From: Nymphaea colorata
Lineage: Eukaryota
NCBI RefSeq assembly: GCF_008831285.2
Contig: NC_045138.2
Span: 7,006,001 to 7,070,000, forward strand
Length of the DNA stretch: 64,000 nucleotides
Direction: 5' to 3'
Below the pieces are notes generated by a model, which saw only the letters and a list, made by a program, of their open reading frames with translations, was not told the origin of the DNA and ran no database searches. Made by a program: the position numbers and the translations under genes. Positions 1 through 14,490 of the stretch are shown here, piece after piece; position 1 is the stretch's first letter, and each line of letters starts with the position of its first letter.

Positions 1-353
1 AATTTAGTTTACCTAAAGGCTAGTTGGAAAAGAGTAGTCTTTGGCTATTTACCATAGAGCTGGGCCCTACTGATAGTGTGGCTATAGATGAGTTGGACTA
101 CGTACTTGTTTGATTAGTCAACTAGTTGATGGTTGGCAACCAAGTTCCCTTGTATTATATTGATGTCATTAGCTGCTCCATAGACTTCTATATATCATAA
201 TGGTTGTTCAAGGAAAAATAAGGGGTAGGAAAAGTTGTCTTTAGTTTTCTCCCTTAGATGGTTTTTGTTGTTTTGCATTAAAAATAAAGTATTTGCATGT
301 TGAAATTGCATATTGTCAATCTTAACATGGATTGCAGGATTAGCAATTGTGAG

Positions 354-718
354 TAGTGTTATCTGTATCATATAGGTCGGCAAAAGCTATACGATATGCC
401 TATGATACACGTTTTTCATGTATATCGTAGGTATTTTGACCATATGATATGATATGGCAGTGTCTTACGATGTGCAATTTTTGATCGTAACCTATCATGG
501 CTTATGAATGATAAATCATGACTATTCATTACATGTGTGATGATTTTTTTATAGGACACCTTTTCATGATTTTTCATGATTTCTTCTAAACTTTTTCTAG
601 TTTTTCTGATTTTGCCCACTTCTTTATTAATTAAAAAATAAATTTATGATACATTTACACTATGTCGTATAAGCTGGGCTCGATCGATACACGTTATGAT
701 ATGCCTTTTACAACATTG
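354..718. mobile_element. non-autonomous hAT-like element (MITE)
   Basis: Identical 8-bp flanks ATTGTGAG at 346-353 and 719-726. Termini TAGTGTTA...CAACATTG form an imperfect inverted repeat. AT-rich interior with GATAC/GTATC motifs. Confidence 0.6.
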
Positions 719-1100
719 ATTGTGAGTTTTGCATTAGTATGGCAATATTTCTAGGTGCCATGGGAAGAGGTTGGTAGGTTCATGTGGTTAAACTTTTTGA
801 TTCCCAATGACTTCGGGCTTTTAGAAAATCAACTATATGGATCAGATTGTGTCCCTAGAATTGCTGAATAAATTGATGAAATGATGTTTTCCTCATAAAA
901 AACAGTGCATGCCTGCATGTGTGTGCCTGTTTGCATGGTTAGATGGTGGTTGCCATGTCATTAAACTAAATTTCCAAAGAATCACACAAACAACCACTGG
1001 TTTACTTATCTGTTCTTCTTGATATTCCTTTCTCCTAAATGCTTATATACCTGATCCATGGTGTGGTTGTCTGTAAGCACACATACACATGCACACACAC

Positions 1101-1179
1101 CTATGTCACATAGGTATGGGTGCCGGTGCGGGTACGGGTACTGACCATTTTCAAAAAATTTGGGTGCGAGTGTACGAGC

Positions 1180-1235
<56 letters not shown>

Positions 1236-1564
1236 AATAAGAAATACTTAGAAAATATGTATCAAAATAAAGAATATACATCAACATAAACAAATAAATA
1301 ACATAGAAAATTTATATCAACGGTTCTTGCAGTAGTGTGTTTAAAAAACCTATGAAAAACTTTAAACATATTGACAACCAAACAGCCCCCTAGTCAAATA
1401 TGAACATCAATCGAATTTTCACATCCAAAGAATAGAATAAAAAGTAAGGTGGAAAAAATTAAATCAAAATAAAATTAAGCAGTTCGGATCTATAGGTACC
1501 CAAGTGTCAAAGTACCCATTTTGGGTACGGGTATGGACCTTACTGAAGTACCCATGTGACTTAG
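1101..1564. mobile_element. hAT-like MITE containing an (AT)n tract
   Basis: TIR CTATGTCACATAGGTA / TACCCATGTGACTTAG (14/16). Flanked by ACACACAC on both sides, within a CA run. GGGTACGGGT subterminal motifs. (AT)n at about 1181-1232. Confidence 0.7.
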
Positions 1565-2323
1565 ACACACACACTTATGTGTAGTTAAGTGTTCACAATT
1601 GAAACATTACAATAGTAAAAACAATCAAACTGACAAGAAAAACTGAAACATTTTAATGGGTTTCTAACAAAGTTTAAATTAGACTTTATCGAAGGTGACC
1701 AAGTTTAAAATTTGATAAAAAGTGGCATAAGGCAGGTTGACTATGCTGGTACGCGCTACATGGCATTGATCATGGCATGTCTCATGTCTCCACTTGGATC
1801 CTTGTGTCTATGTTATGCGGATATCCAATTTCTGGTATTTGCATTTCCTCCTATTGAGCATGGTGCAATCTCTTGGACTGGAGGATCTCTGGCCATTCAA
1901 TGTGGCTTAAATTGCTAGCATGACACCTAACATTTTGTAGTATCTACATTTCAACAGTTCATAGACCATTCCATCTTTCTGATTATGTGCCATTAGACTT
2001 CATCTAAGTTGATTTCATTTTGCACTATTTAGTTGCTTTACCTTTTTATAGTTTTAACTTTTAAGCATATGGTAATCATCTTTTTCTTCTTTTTTAAGCA
2101 TTTAGTTCCTATTTTTTGATACTAAAGGACATGTTCCTCTTTATATATGGAACTTTTAGATACTTTGATATCTTCGCAAATTTCTGCAGCACAAATTTGC
2201 ATAATGATCAAATTGATAGGTGTAGGTGTGGGTTGTTGTGGAAGTTCTGTTGTTATCTGTTTTTTGCCAAATAGTGTAGAATCTTTTTGTATTGAGCAAA
2301 GCTAAGGACAGCCTGGGTTGCAG

Positions 2324-5300
2324 GTATTAGAATTCCTTGCTTCAAGAGAAGTTTTGACTTTGGAGCACGTAAACTCTGGGCCTCCTTGTACTGGGATGGA
2401 AAGGTTAGATACCCTTGGACATTTTGTGGTATTCTGTTGTACTTGATGTCACAGGACTTTTTTTTCTAAAATCCTTGTGGTATGGTCCATTCTTATTTTT
2501 GTCATTCATGATGAAATGGTTAATGTTGTATACTTCTGAAGTAGATGTAGACGTGATTACCAACAACACACACACACACTGGTTCCACCTAGGGGTTTGC
2601 CCATGTTGATAGGCCTTTTCCTTTGGAGATTACACCTCAGTCTGCGTCAGCGTCACATTTTTTAGCAACGTAGTTGAAGGTGCCTTCAAAAGTAATGTCA
2701 TGATGACTTTATCTTTTCATACTTGTGCTTTAGTTCATATCTAGTGAAGTGTTTTTTTCCACAATCAATATGTTGAGTATTGTTTAAAAGAAGTTATAAC
2801 ATATAAGATCTTAAGGTGACCTTTATTTGTTGCTGTACAGAATCTTGACATGTTTTTTATTTGATATTTCTTATTTGCAGTTTCAGGGAGTCCATAATGG
2901 CTTTGACAAGGCATAATGATGTCCAGGTTTCACACAAACCTTTTTATTTCTCACTATTTATTTGTTATGCACTCTGGCATACAGTTCTCTGCCTGTGTTT
3001 CCCGAAATCCTCAGGGTTAATTTTAGCTTGATTTATTTGATTCCAGAAGATTAAGGAAGCTGAGTTAACATTGTTGTTTTTTTCCTATATGACATTCTAA
3101 AATCATTATTTTTCATCATGTTTGTTAGTTGAAACTAGTGATGAAAGGTTTTTTGACTGGCACATTTTACTCTTTTGGATATTTATGTTGTAAATTGTAA
3201 GGTTTATCCCCTTAAGTTGGTGGTAGGTTGTTTGGGCAACATAGATGTTCATGCTCCTGTATATGATGTGATACATGGTAAGTTGCTTTTTTCCCTGTTT
3301 TCGAGTACTGTCTGCATGGCATGTCTATCTTCATGTTTTGGGTCTGGCGTTAATAGGCACACTGCTACATAATTGTGCTCGACTCACTGCATCATATTTG
3401 TTGAGTAATGTCCTGACACCCATGTGGAACACATAATGGCCAAGTAAGAAAAGAATACGAAGTAAAAAAATTATTTATATGGATAAGAAATACACAATGC
3501 AAATTTAGAAACCCTAGGTTGCCTTTTTTCTGCTCAACCCTCTTCCCCTTCATCAAGAGAAGTGATTTTCTGGCGCTTAAGATGGGAGACAGAATTGCAA
3601 TAATGTTTACTGTCGTGAAAACACATTGGAAGTTTGCTGATACATGGAGAGGGTCTTTTGTATGTACATAATTTATATTTCTGCTGCCCTTATGTCATAA
3701 TATGTTCCTAATTGTATTCACATCCCAAGTAATTGTGTTTTGGAAGTCAATTCTATAGCATGCCTTGCAGTTGGATTTGTTGGTTGACTGTTTGTGATTG
3801 TTGCAACAGCCAGTGTCTTGTATTAAAATAGTGACATCTGTGCCATTCTGTGTAAATGGATGATCATTGCAGGTCCATCAAATGGCACGTGGTTTCCGAG
3901 ACAAATATATTCCCCATACCATCAGGAAGATTAAATGCACAGACCGTGATGATGCAAGCAGTCACTGGATCAGGTTCTCACATAGGAACTGGCAGAGTCA
4001 GGCAAGAAGGCACACTGATGCAATCTGTTGCACGAGTAGTCAGGCCACTGAACTGCCTTCAGATTTTCATAAGACTGTCCAGACATCTTCTGTCACAGTC
4101 CAATCTGGTCTCAGTGAAAGCAACAAATGTTGGGAAGATTACACATCTGAACAAACAGATGAGCCTAGCAGCAGCATGTGGCGGAAGAGAAATTGGCAGG
4201 GTCAGCTTTCAACAGAGTCAGAAGCAAGCAGTTTGGCTGGTTTGCCTCCAGGTTCTTCTAATTGTCAGCAGACTAGGCTGCCTGATGGGCTCCATAGCCC
4301 AGCTCAAACATATTTTCCTTCTGTTCACTGTAGCAGCATGTGCTGTCAAGACACAGTTGACAAAAATGGGTGCAAATCCACTGAGCAGAAGCAGCCTGAT
4401 GTTGCAGCTCCTGTTCAAGCAAAGCGGGCCAAACGGAAGAGCAGGTGGGAACCTTTGGATGAGACTCGTGCTCGATTATTTTATATCAATCAAAATGAAG
4501 TTCAGATAGTAGAAAAAAATCTCAATAATCAAAGAAGTGGTGCCAAGCAAGCTAAGGATTTTAAACAGCCTGCTCCGGCTCATGGCAAAGAAAATGACTA
4601 CAAAAGTAGTTTTGTTAAGACAGTGGCACAGTCTGATTCTGTCTTCTCTGAAGCAGCTCAGTCATTGGCCAAGGAAGCTCCAGATGTTCGGCCTTCTGAT
4701 GAAAGCCATGGCTGCCAATTTCCTTCTAATCATTCCTCATCGGAGGTGAATTTTCAGCAGCCTTGCAACACAATGGCCACCGTGTGTGGCAAGAGATCGT
4801 CACATTTGTCTCCATCATATAGCTCAGAACTGCCACAGACTCAACATTTGCAAGTGCAGCAGAACCAGCCTAATAGTACTAGTTATGCAAATTGGTCCGC
4901 TCCCAGTATGCCTTTTCAGTGTTCCCCGCCTCTGCCACTTGATACTTCTGCATTGCACCAAACAGGGAATGATTTGGTGCCTCCTGGATTTGAAGGAATG
5001 AGACAGTCCTCTCAGATGCCCCTTCCAAGGTTGGAACCAGCAAAGCCATCAGATGCAGCTGATACATGTGCATCACAGCCACTTGCTGGGGTGGGGAACT
5101 GTGGAAAAGATAGTGTAGGGAGGAGGCCTTTTTTCCATCAAAGATGGAATTCTCGTGGCTATCAAAAACATAGACCACCTTGGGTCCGGAATAGGAATGA
5201 CTGGGGATTCAAGGGCAACCCAAGGAATATAGTTGGGGATGGTTTTGGTGCCTATGAGGTGCCTGTGAGGCAGATGGGTCCCGGTGGAGATGGTGATGGA

Positions 5301-5486
5301 CATCCTCCAGAGACTGTGAATAAAAGTCACGGCTCTATTTACAGCCATCATCAAGATGATTTGCACCAGCAAGAAGCACATCGCCATTACCACGAAAAGC
5401 AGCAGCAACAACAATATCCATGTCATAGCCAACAACTTCCACAGCCTTACCTCCATTCCCACCAGCATCAACTGCAACAACACTGA
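2324..5486 (+). CDS. ASHH2: 3' part of an ASHH2/SDG8/EFS-like H3K36 methyltransferase; exons 2324-2403, 2881-2926, 3873-5486; upstream exons lie outside the window
   Basis: GT-AG exons join in frame: VLEFLASREVLTLEHVNSGPPCTGMES-FRESIMALTRHNDVQ-VHQMARGFRDKYIP...KRKSRWEP. This matches the ASHH2 C-terminal motifs (SFRESI..LT.H.D.QVHQIAR.FRDRWIP; KRKSRWD.P). The SET domain is not in the window. Confidence 0.8.
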
Positions 5487-7651
5487 AATGTTATTAAGCA
5501 TATGCTATAAATTCCTGTATCTCATTCTTTGTAGGCTGTAACAAATGAGAATCCGATTTAAAGTGGATTATTCCTTTTTTCACAAATATTTCTTAAATTT
5601 CTATCGCTGTGATATGCTCTGGTCTCATATTGAATTATCAAATGCAACTGCTTTTTTCATTATATTATTTCATCCAACATAGATTGGCAAATTTGTTTAA
5701 CATAACAGCGTTTTGGTTACAGATGCATTCCCGGGCATGCTACACGTGAGATAAGATCTGGTAACTATATGTTGTAGTGTGTAAAGGTACGTCAACTTTT
5801 CCTCCGCAGTTTCCCCTGTAAAAGAGTGCCTATATCTGATAAATTCCTTAAATGCTTAATATTTGGTCCTAGCAGTATGACTTTTTACACATTTAAGGGG
5901 AAAACACCAAAATCAAGGCTGATGGGAAATGGCTTTTCTTTAGATTTTACTCCAACTATCCAATAGAAATCAAATTCCTTTTACGACTATTGAGTTGTCT
6001 GAGGTGTAACTCACAAAAACTAAATTTTTCTTCTTCCATATTTTTTGTTATGTTGAGAGTAGCTTAAATTGTTACTTATAATTTCCTTTCTCTGTTATGT
6101 TACATTATGCTATGAATAACTTACTTCATATCCTGCATTTGATCGTTTCGGCAATTCATGGTCATTTGAATGTGAAATTCTTGGCTAATTTGTAATTACT
6201 GTTTATTTCTTATGAATTATGTATTTTTGGAGTATTCTTTTGGTCAAAGAAAACACAGGAAGCCTGTTTTTGTACACATTGCTTGAAACAAACTTAAGCA
6301 TTTGCAGAATTTGTAGTTAAATGTGTGGGGGATCATGGAAAGGCCATTAGCATGTAACGGCTATACTTGAGCCCCCTGCAGTGCAACTGCAATGAACTGG
6401 ACTTGCAATCCAGAATGAGCCTGTCAAGAATTGATTATGTGATGCAAGTTAGTAAGTAGCTACTCGTATTACCTTTCCATTGGTCTAGCACGGCAGGCGA
6501 TTGGTTCCCAGCTCTCTGTTTGACGCACATCTCTGCAAAATACTGTTGTCAAGGTAACGTTTTTGGAAACATGTTGAAATAGGTTGACGCTGCAAATAAT
6601 CCAAGGAAGATGAAAGACTGGGATGATCCTAACTGCTAACATGGCGTAACGAGCACGACGATTGAAAGGGGATGAATCAGGGAATATGCTCGGATTAATA
6701 CCTTTTTCTTTTTCAGTAAGGTTCAGAGACCAGAACTTGGCAACCATGGTCAATTAAATTGGGTCATGCTGTTAGATATAGTAACGTTCATTGCTGAAAT
6801 AAGAGCGAAGGGATGGCAGTGTTTCCTTCTTCCTTGCCAGACCTTCTCTTGCATTTGTTGAATGTTAATGGTGATGTTGCTATTTCATTCATTTTGGCGG
6901 GGCCTGAAAATTGCAGGCACAAGACAGACATCGGTTCCTAAGACTGATCCCTTTGAATCGAGCTTCCAACTGCTTGGATAATTTTTAATCACGCAGGACA
7001 CCCAAAGCTTCTACCGGACCTTGTCATTTCTGTGTCTTGCATGTTTTCCGTTATCCTAACAGGTTTCTAACGCCAGGTTTCGCTAGATCATCTTGGCTGA
7101 AAACCTGGCGACTACCATCACCTAAAGAAATGTAAGGGACCTTTGTATCGCTGAAAGGTTCTCCAGTTTGACCTAAGCTTTTTTTGATACATAAAAAATG
7201 TTACCATTCCCATGTTACATACCAAAGATGTGCCAAAAGTTCTTAATCAGCTTCTGCAGTGCAATTCTTCGCCTAAGATGCAGCAGCACGGGCACTGGGT
7301 TGCAGTTTCAAAGGGTTGTCCTCAACGCTTCCTCATGGTTTACAGGAAATGTCACCACTTCAGCAAAATCACCAACAGCATAAACCAGTGCTGGATTCCC
7401 AAGGCAAAAGGCCATATGCAGGAAGGTTCCTTATTCTGAGGCGCTCAGCCAGCATGAACGCCAATGGTCCTCATCCTCATTCACAGGAACACGTGTAAGG
7501 TACTGCGGGATACAAACAATTCGATCAAGCAGCAAGGCACTTGTTCACCTCTCGGCAGAACCAAATGGCTTACTGATTTACATGAATAATTGGTTCCTTT
7601 TCACATCTTGAACATGATTCTGAACGGGCATAATCTAACCGATGATTCAAC

Positions 7652-9319
7652 TTATGCACGTCCTCCAGGCATTGGCAATGCGACAACCTTATTGTTTACC
7701 TCGATCCAACTGCAGCCAGGGAGCTTCTTGTTTCCTCTCTCCTTCAATGCCAGCCGCACGCGAGCAGCATCTGCCCACCTGTTGTTCGAGGCATAGATAC
7801 TAGCTAGCAGCACATAATTCCCGGTATTTTTAGGCTCCAACTCAAACAGCTTCCCTGCTATGCTTTCTGCTATCTCAACGTTGTTGTGGGTTCTACAAGC
7901 AGCAAGCAACGCACCGAGGGCGCCAGCATGAGGTCCCATTGGCATACTTCTCACGAGCTCATATGCCTCCGCCAAGCGGCCTGCCCGGCCAAGAAGGTCC
8001 ACAACACAAGCATAGTGGTCTGCCCAAGGCACCATTCTGTGATCTTTCACCATGCTTTCCCAGAAGCGCAAGCCGTCGTCAACCAGCCCAGTGTGGCTAC
8101 AAGCAGATAGCACGCCTACATACGTGATCTCATGTGGCTCAATTTCTTCCATCTGCATCCTTTGGAACACTTCAAGGGCTTCATAGCCATAGCCGTGCGA
8201 AGCTAGGCCACTGATAAGTGCAGTATAAGAGAACGCATCCCTTTGAGGGATCATCTCAAAACGTTGGCATGCCTTCTCCACGTTCCCGCATTTAGCATGC
8301 ATGTCGACAAGCGCCGTCAACACATGGTTGTTTAATTCTATATTGTTGTGAACAACGAAGGAATCAGCCCAATTGGCGAGTTCTGCACCACCAAGTTGGG
8401 CACATGCAGTGATCACACTGGTCATGGTGACGGCATCAGGCTTCACGTTGGAATCCCGCATTCTATGAAACATCTTGAGAGCTTCCTTCGGCTGCCCATT
8501 CTGTGCGTAGCCCGTGATCATGGCAGTCCAAGAAATCAAATTGCGCTGAGGCATCCGTTCGAAGAGACGGCGCCCAGTCTCCATCTGTCCACATTTCGTG
8601 CAACCCACAACCATGGTTGTCCATGAGACAATATTTCTTTCAGGCATTGCGTCGAACGCTTCAGCGGCTGCAGAAAAATTCTCACATCTCACGTAACCAA
8701 CGATCATGGCATTCCAAGAAATCACGTTTCTGACCGGCATGCTGTCGAACAATTTCCGGCCGTCGTTCATATCACCAATTCTGGCATATCCACCAAGAAC
8801 AGCGTTCCATGAAACAACATCTCTTCTGGGCATTTCATCGAACACTTGGCGAGCGAGACCCAGTTCACCGCATTTCGCGTACATATCTATTAGAGCGTTC
8901 TGCAATTCAAGGTTCAACAGCAATCCAGTTCTGACAGAACGCCCGTGGATCTCGCTCCCCAGAAGGACCTCGGAAAGTCCGGCACAAGAGTTGAGCAGAA
9001 ACGGGAGGGTGAAATGATTAGGTTTGACGTCCGCCGTCGTCATCCGCCGGTAGAAAACGATGGCATCCGACCAAAGAGAGCTCTTCGCTAACGACCTCAC
9101 CATCTGATTGTAGACGGCGAGATTGGGCCTGCGGATGGTGTTGAAAACCAACTTGGCATATGAAGGTTTGGCTTGGAGGGGGATGCAGAGCGAGATGAGG
9201 GTGGCGACGATGGAGTTGTTCTGATGGACGTTGGTTCTGAAGATGTGGGCATGGATCTGCTTGAAGCGTGGAAAGGAGGTGCATGACTTGAGGAGGGAGG
9301 CCGTGGCATCGACTCCCAT
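7652..9319 (-). CDS. PLS-class pentatricopeptide repeat protein with E domain and no DYW (555 aa)
   Basis: Uninterrupted ORF with repeated ALIDMYAKCG / VVSWNA.. / ITYVGVLSACSH motifs. C-terminal E domain ends in PGCSWIEVNN. A probable 75-nt 5'UTR intron lies at 9354-9428. Confidence 0.95.
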   Translation of the reverse strand: MGVDATASLLKSCTSFPRFKQIHAHIFRTNVHQNNSIVATLISLCIPLQAKPSYAKLVFNTIRRPNLAVYNQMVRSLAKSSLWSDAIVFYRRMTTADVKPNHFTLPFLLNSCAGLSEVLLGSEIHGRSVRTGLLLNLELQNALIDMYAKCGELGLARQVFDEMPRRDVVSWNAVLGGYARIGDMNDGRKLFDSMPVRNVISWNAMIVGYVRCENFSAAAEAFDAMPERNIVSWTTMVVGCTKCGQMETGRRLFERMPQRNLISWTAMITGYAQNGQPKEALKMFHRMRDSNVKPDAVTMTSVITACAQLGGAELANWADSFVVHNNIELNNHVLTALVDMHAKCGNVEKACQRFEMIPQRDAFSYTALISGLASHGYGYEALEVFQRMQMEEIEPHEITYVGVLSACSHTGLVDDGLRFWESMVKDHRMVPWADHYACVVDLLGRAGRLAEAYELVRSMPMGPHAGALGALLAACRTHNNVEIAESIAGKLFELEPKNTGNYVLLASIYASNNRWADAARVRLALKERGNKKLPGCSWIEVNNKVVALPMPGGRA

Positions 9320-10834
9320 GATCGAACGGCGAGACGCATGACTCCCCGGCGATCTGCCAGAAAGATTCCAATGGGTTCCAGAGCCGCCGGTGAGCAGAAG
9401 AAAAAGAGCGGCAGTAGCCTCACCTCACCTGAGCTTGGGCTCGGCAGCAGGGGAGGGCTAGGCACGTACTAAATGAAAGTAGAGATGGGGTTTTCCTTCC
9501 TTGAAAAATTTTCACTTCAAGAACCAGGATTTTGCGTATTATCTGGAGAACGGGCATCACTTTTCTGGATTTCTCGACATTTACCAGCGATATATTAAAA
9601 AAGTAGGAAAATGCTTGTTGGGAACCGGTGTTGGCAGGAAGGCAAATGGTTCCGACTTGTATCGGATCCAAGTTTGGCCAAATTGATTTGTAATTGGAAT
9701 AGTTTTTTTTTGCTCCCTTTTGCTTTTTTGAAGACCACCAAAATGTGGAAACAATTAACAGTTTACTGATTTTTAACATGTTAATGGATCATAACTATTG
9801 TTGGGTTTGGATTTGATTCCTATTTGGACAGATTTTAACATGTTCCGGAGCCTCAAGAAAATGCTATAAAGCGAAAAGCGGGATATGTTTACGAAATAGT
9901 TATATGTAAATAAAAAATATAAAGTTTAGAAAGTAGCAAGAAAAACATAAAAATGACCTAAAAAATAATAAAGCTTAAAGAATATTAATAGTCCCTTAAG
10001 GGAAATTGCTCTCAGAAATCTTCATGGATCGGTGGTGGTAGTATTGGGGTTGTGCAGTTCGTATCGGCCGATACATAGACAAGAAAAAACTGCCCCTTCC
10101 AAATATTAGCTAATACAGTTACCTATACAGACACAATATATTAAAAAATACAATTAAAAGTAAACTTCTAAGTTGTTCTTAAAAATGTCTTGGCCTATAG
10201 AAACTGATTCCAGGTACTAGATGGGATCCAACACCGATAACATTGCATAGAATACAAAAAGAATGCCATTTCATAAGCTAAGAGTGTAAATGCTTTTATA
10301 TTACTTTCTTCTGAACAAGTACTTCTGAAAGAAGAATAAAAGGCACACTACCTTCCAGTCTGGAGCATTGTCATGTTATATGGGAAGACATGTTCTCTCC
10401 TTTTACTAGAGAAAACTTTTTAAATTTTGCAGGGGAAAATTTTTCAGGTTCCATTTTTGCACTTATAGAGCACAGTCTTGGTCATTTCAAACCATTAATA
10501 GATGGACATTCGTTAATTTCATACCATTAATACATGGTTCATTCCTAACCATTAATACATGGTCCCTTGTTTGAAGCCAACCTACTCCTATTCCAATCAC
10601 CGACACTTCCACCCGGGAGGCTGGTTATGTAAGCTATCCCGCTGCTGAGAAGCTCACTAATATTCTAAACATGATATTTATGGACAATACAAGCATGGGC
10701 TGGGGTTTTCCTGGGGCATATACTGTTGAAAATTGGGTGAACTTGGGTCTAGTTATATGAAGTAACTCCATGAGATCTGGGCCACTGTCCCGTAGTGAAT
10801 TGAAAATCTGTTAACCATATATATATATAGCTAT

Positions 10835-11174
<340 letters not shown>

Positions 11175-12386
11175 ATCCACGGATTCCTCAACATCGAGCT
11201 GGCAAAAAAGCTGATTTTTTTTTATCGCAATTATATTATGTGTATGCGCGGTCAAAAATCACGGAAACCCCTTTTTGCTTGCTTTTTATTATACTATTTT
11301 GAGATATCAGAGATGACTTGTATTCTAGATTAGAAAATAGCAATAATAATGAATTGCAAAAGAAGATGATTGGATCAAAATTTACAAAATTTAGTTTAGT
11401 GTGATTATGCCAGGTTTCTTATTGCCACATGGTAAATGGCACAAAATGCCTCAATACTTTTATATTCTATATCTAATAAACGCATAGCAAGGGTAGAAAG
11501 CAGGATAAATGAAGAAAAAAGCGAGGCTTCAGGAAAGATTACTCGTCTCCCAAATCTTCTTTCTACAAAGAAAGAAAAGTAATTTTATGCTCTTTCATTG
11601 CGTCGAAATAATAAAGGTTATGGGTCTCATTCGTCAAATCAAATAAATATGAATTGCAGGTTTAACAGAACTTCTTTGAATTCATAAGAAAGAAGAGAAG
11701 TATGGGGGATAAAAAAAGAGGGGCAAGAGAAACTCAATTGAGCAAATGGAATTTTTGCAATGAACTTATAATTTTCAATTAACTTATAAAAACAAAAAAG
11801 ACTCGCTTAAAAAGATTTTTCATGTTCTAATTCCGGGTCAAAAAGTGGAAATCTTGGGTTTTTGGGTATATCAAAATCCTTATTAATTTGATTATCTTAT
11901 TATACCTTATTATCTGATCTCATCACTCACATCAAAGTTACAATTCAAACTTTATTTTTCTATAGTTTCCTAGTTTGCAATTAGTTTAATATATAAATGA
12001 TTTGTAAGGTGTCTCATATGTAGAAATCCATATTATTTATGTCATTAAAAAGATCTTTCTTTCTTTACTTTATTCTTACTTCGGAAAAGTCCACACTATA
12101 TCTACAAATACTATGAATCAGCCAGTGGATTCGACATTTCAAAAATATTATAAAAATTAAGGAATGTAGTAATTTCATCGGGGCCAATAAACCATTTTTC
12201 ATTCAGAAAAATCTAATACATGTATATATTATGATTGTGCTGATTGGATGAATTTCCACTTCTTATGGAATGGGTCAAGGTCTTGATCGAAGAGTAAGAA
12301 CTCAACAGGACCTCAAATCCATATAAGGAGGGGTTAGGTCGTTGAGTTCTTACTCTTTCATGTCTACAGTATGGTTCTTCCGATTA

Positions 12387-12509
12387 TTACAGGGATGATC
12401 CCAATCCAGAATATGATCCGTAGAAGAAAACACCGATTAAACCGATCACAAGAATACTAGTTATAGTACCTATCAACCAAAGAGGAATCCTTCCAGTAGT
12501 ATCGGCCAT
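12387..12509 (-). pseudogene. psbJ: PSII J, NUPT copy (ORF intact, substituted)
   Basis: [40 protein letters not shown]. Confidence 0.93.
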
Positions 12510-12625
12510 TTACCTCACTTCCCTCTCCATTTCATCAAGTGGTCATGCTATAGACATAAACAGTCATGGATAGTTATGCGTATGATATCCTTCCAAATGA
12601 GGTAAGAGAATTTCCTTTCTTTCTC

Positions 12626-12757
<132 letters not shown>

Positions 12758-12777
12758 TCAGATTAGATTTATTTATT

Positions 12778-12906
<129 letters not shown>

Positions 12907-13157
12907 CTAAAAGGATCGACTAAATTCATCGAGTTGTTCCAATGAATTGAAACGGCCAGTTATTAATGAAATCCCTTGTCTGCTTTCTGTGAAATATTCG
13001 TTGGGTCGAGGGCTTCCAAACACGTCATAAGCTAAACCCATGCTAACGAATGACCAATCTGCAATGAATAGGGAAGGTATAGTAATGCTATGAATGACCC
13101 AGTATCGAATACTGGTAATAATATCAGCAAAAGCACATCTCCCGTACTTCCAGACAT
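12907..13157 (-). pseudogene. psbE: cytochrome b559 alpha, NUPT copy, frameshifted
   Basis: ATG TCT GGA AGT ACG GGA is followed by a 1-nt deletion (251 nt instead of 252). The rest reads [22 protein letters not shown]...QLDEFSRSF*. Confidence 0.93.
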
Positions 13158-14490
13158 GCTGAGCTCCAATATTACAGTCAAAGGGGGATCGATTTCGTGA
13201 AAGATAGAGATCAGTAAATGGAGAAATACTGATATCCAATCTTTGTGAGATCGTCAATATTGTACCAAGGGTGTATTTACAGTATACCAAATCAGTACAA
13301 CTATATTTCCTCTGACACAACAATGATGTTTCAATCAACATTGAAAAAAATATTACATAATTCATTTCTTCCTTTCTTGTTCCTTGTATAGGCCTAAGTA
13401 GGTGTCATTCAATAGAATAGAAAATTCCTTGTAATATAATGTTTTACCGGTTTTGGGATGGGCTGAAGATCTTGGTAAAGGTGACTCGATGGCTTTTATT
13501 TTTTATTTATATTTAATTAATCTACCTTATCTAATAATTCATTAATGAAATTATCATATTCCCACAATTGGATGCAAAATCTGGAAAAGAGTTTTCGTGA
13601 TTGTAGAAGTAGAAAAAGGTATTTTTCGTTCTAACCCCTTCTAATAAGAGAGGTTGTTTGGACAGTACAATAGTAAATAGTATTCGATAAAAGAAAGTGA
13701 ACATAGTTGGAGCAGTTGAAATTCATGATGCAACTATAATGGATTAAACTAATATGTTTTTTCATTAGATTGTTTCATTAGGTTCAATTCAAGGGTTTCC
13801 ACCTACAAGAAGATAGAACTACATCACGTGAAAAGACAAAAAAATCTGGAACCCAGAACAACAAAATAATTGTAATTGCTAATCTTGGAATCGAGTTGTA
13901 TCTGATATAATACTTTTTATTTCTTTGCTTTGAGAAGTCATGGGATACTTTTTTTCTTCTTTTTTCTTCCTTTGAGATATCTTATGTTATATTAAATATT
14001 AAAAATATTAAGTTATATTAAGTAAGTGAAAATAAGAAAGAGTCGTTATTGGTTTGTTCCAAAACGGATCCAATTGAAAAGGAAAAGCAATGATCCAAGT
14101 TGGAATGATTTTAAAATCAAATTCTTCTTTCTATCGCATAGTTTTCCATGAAAGAGAATTTCATTTGTGAATGAAGTTACAAGACAGAGTTCATATTACT
14201 ATACGAGTTGTTCAATCAATTGTTGATTAGGAATCACGAGATCAGTAGATGTCACGAGGAATTCATAGTAAGGTAAATTTATTATTTATTTTTCCTTCGT
14301 TACATCATGTTTGTTAGTCATGTTTATAAAGAAATGATTGAGAAATCAAAAGAAAACAAATTAAATTGGAACTAACTCTTTCAATTTGGATTTTTTCTTA
14401 TCATCGTATCTTGGTATCTGGCAAAAACAGAAACTTAGGCAAGTGCTTTATAAACATATGTATAAAAAGAACGTCTCATTTAGTTCCTTC

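Noticed and set aside
1006..1293. ORFs with IYIYIY runs (also 35271-35474 and 55495-55782)
   Set aside because: Translations of (AT)n microsatellites.
3856..4509. 217-aa ORF overlapping the ASHH2 last exon
   Set aside because: Alternative frame with no recognisable motif; the splice phase selects the 3873 frame.
7886..9017. Several + strand ORFs within the PPR gene
   Set aside because: Antisense shadows of a GC-rich CDS.
12907..13365. 152-aa N-terminally extended PsbE as a new nuclear gene with a transit peptide
   Set aside because: The extension is plastid 5' spacer brought into frame by the 1-nt deletion; TTG start and no transit-peptide character.
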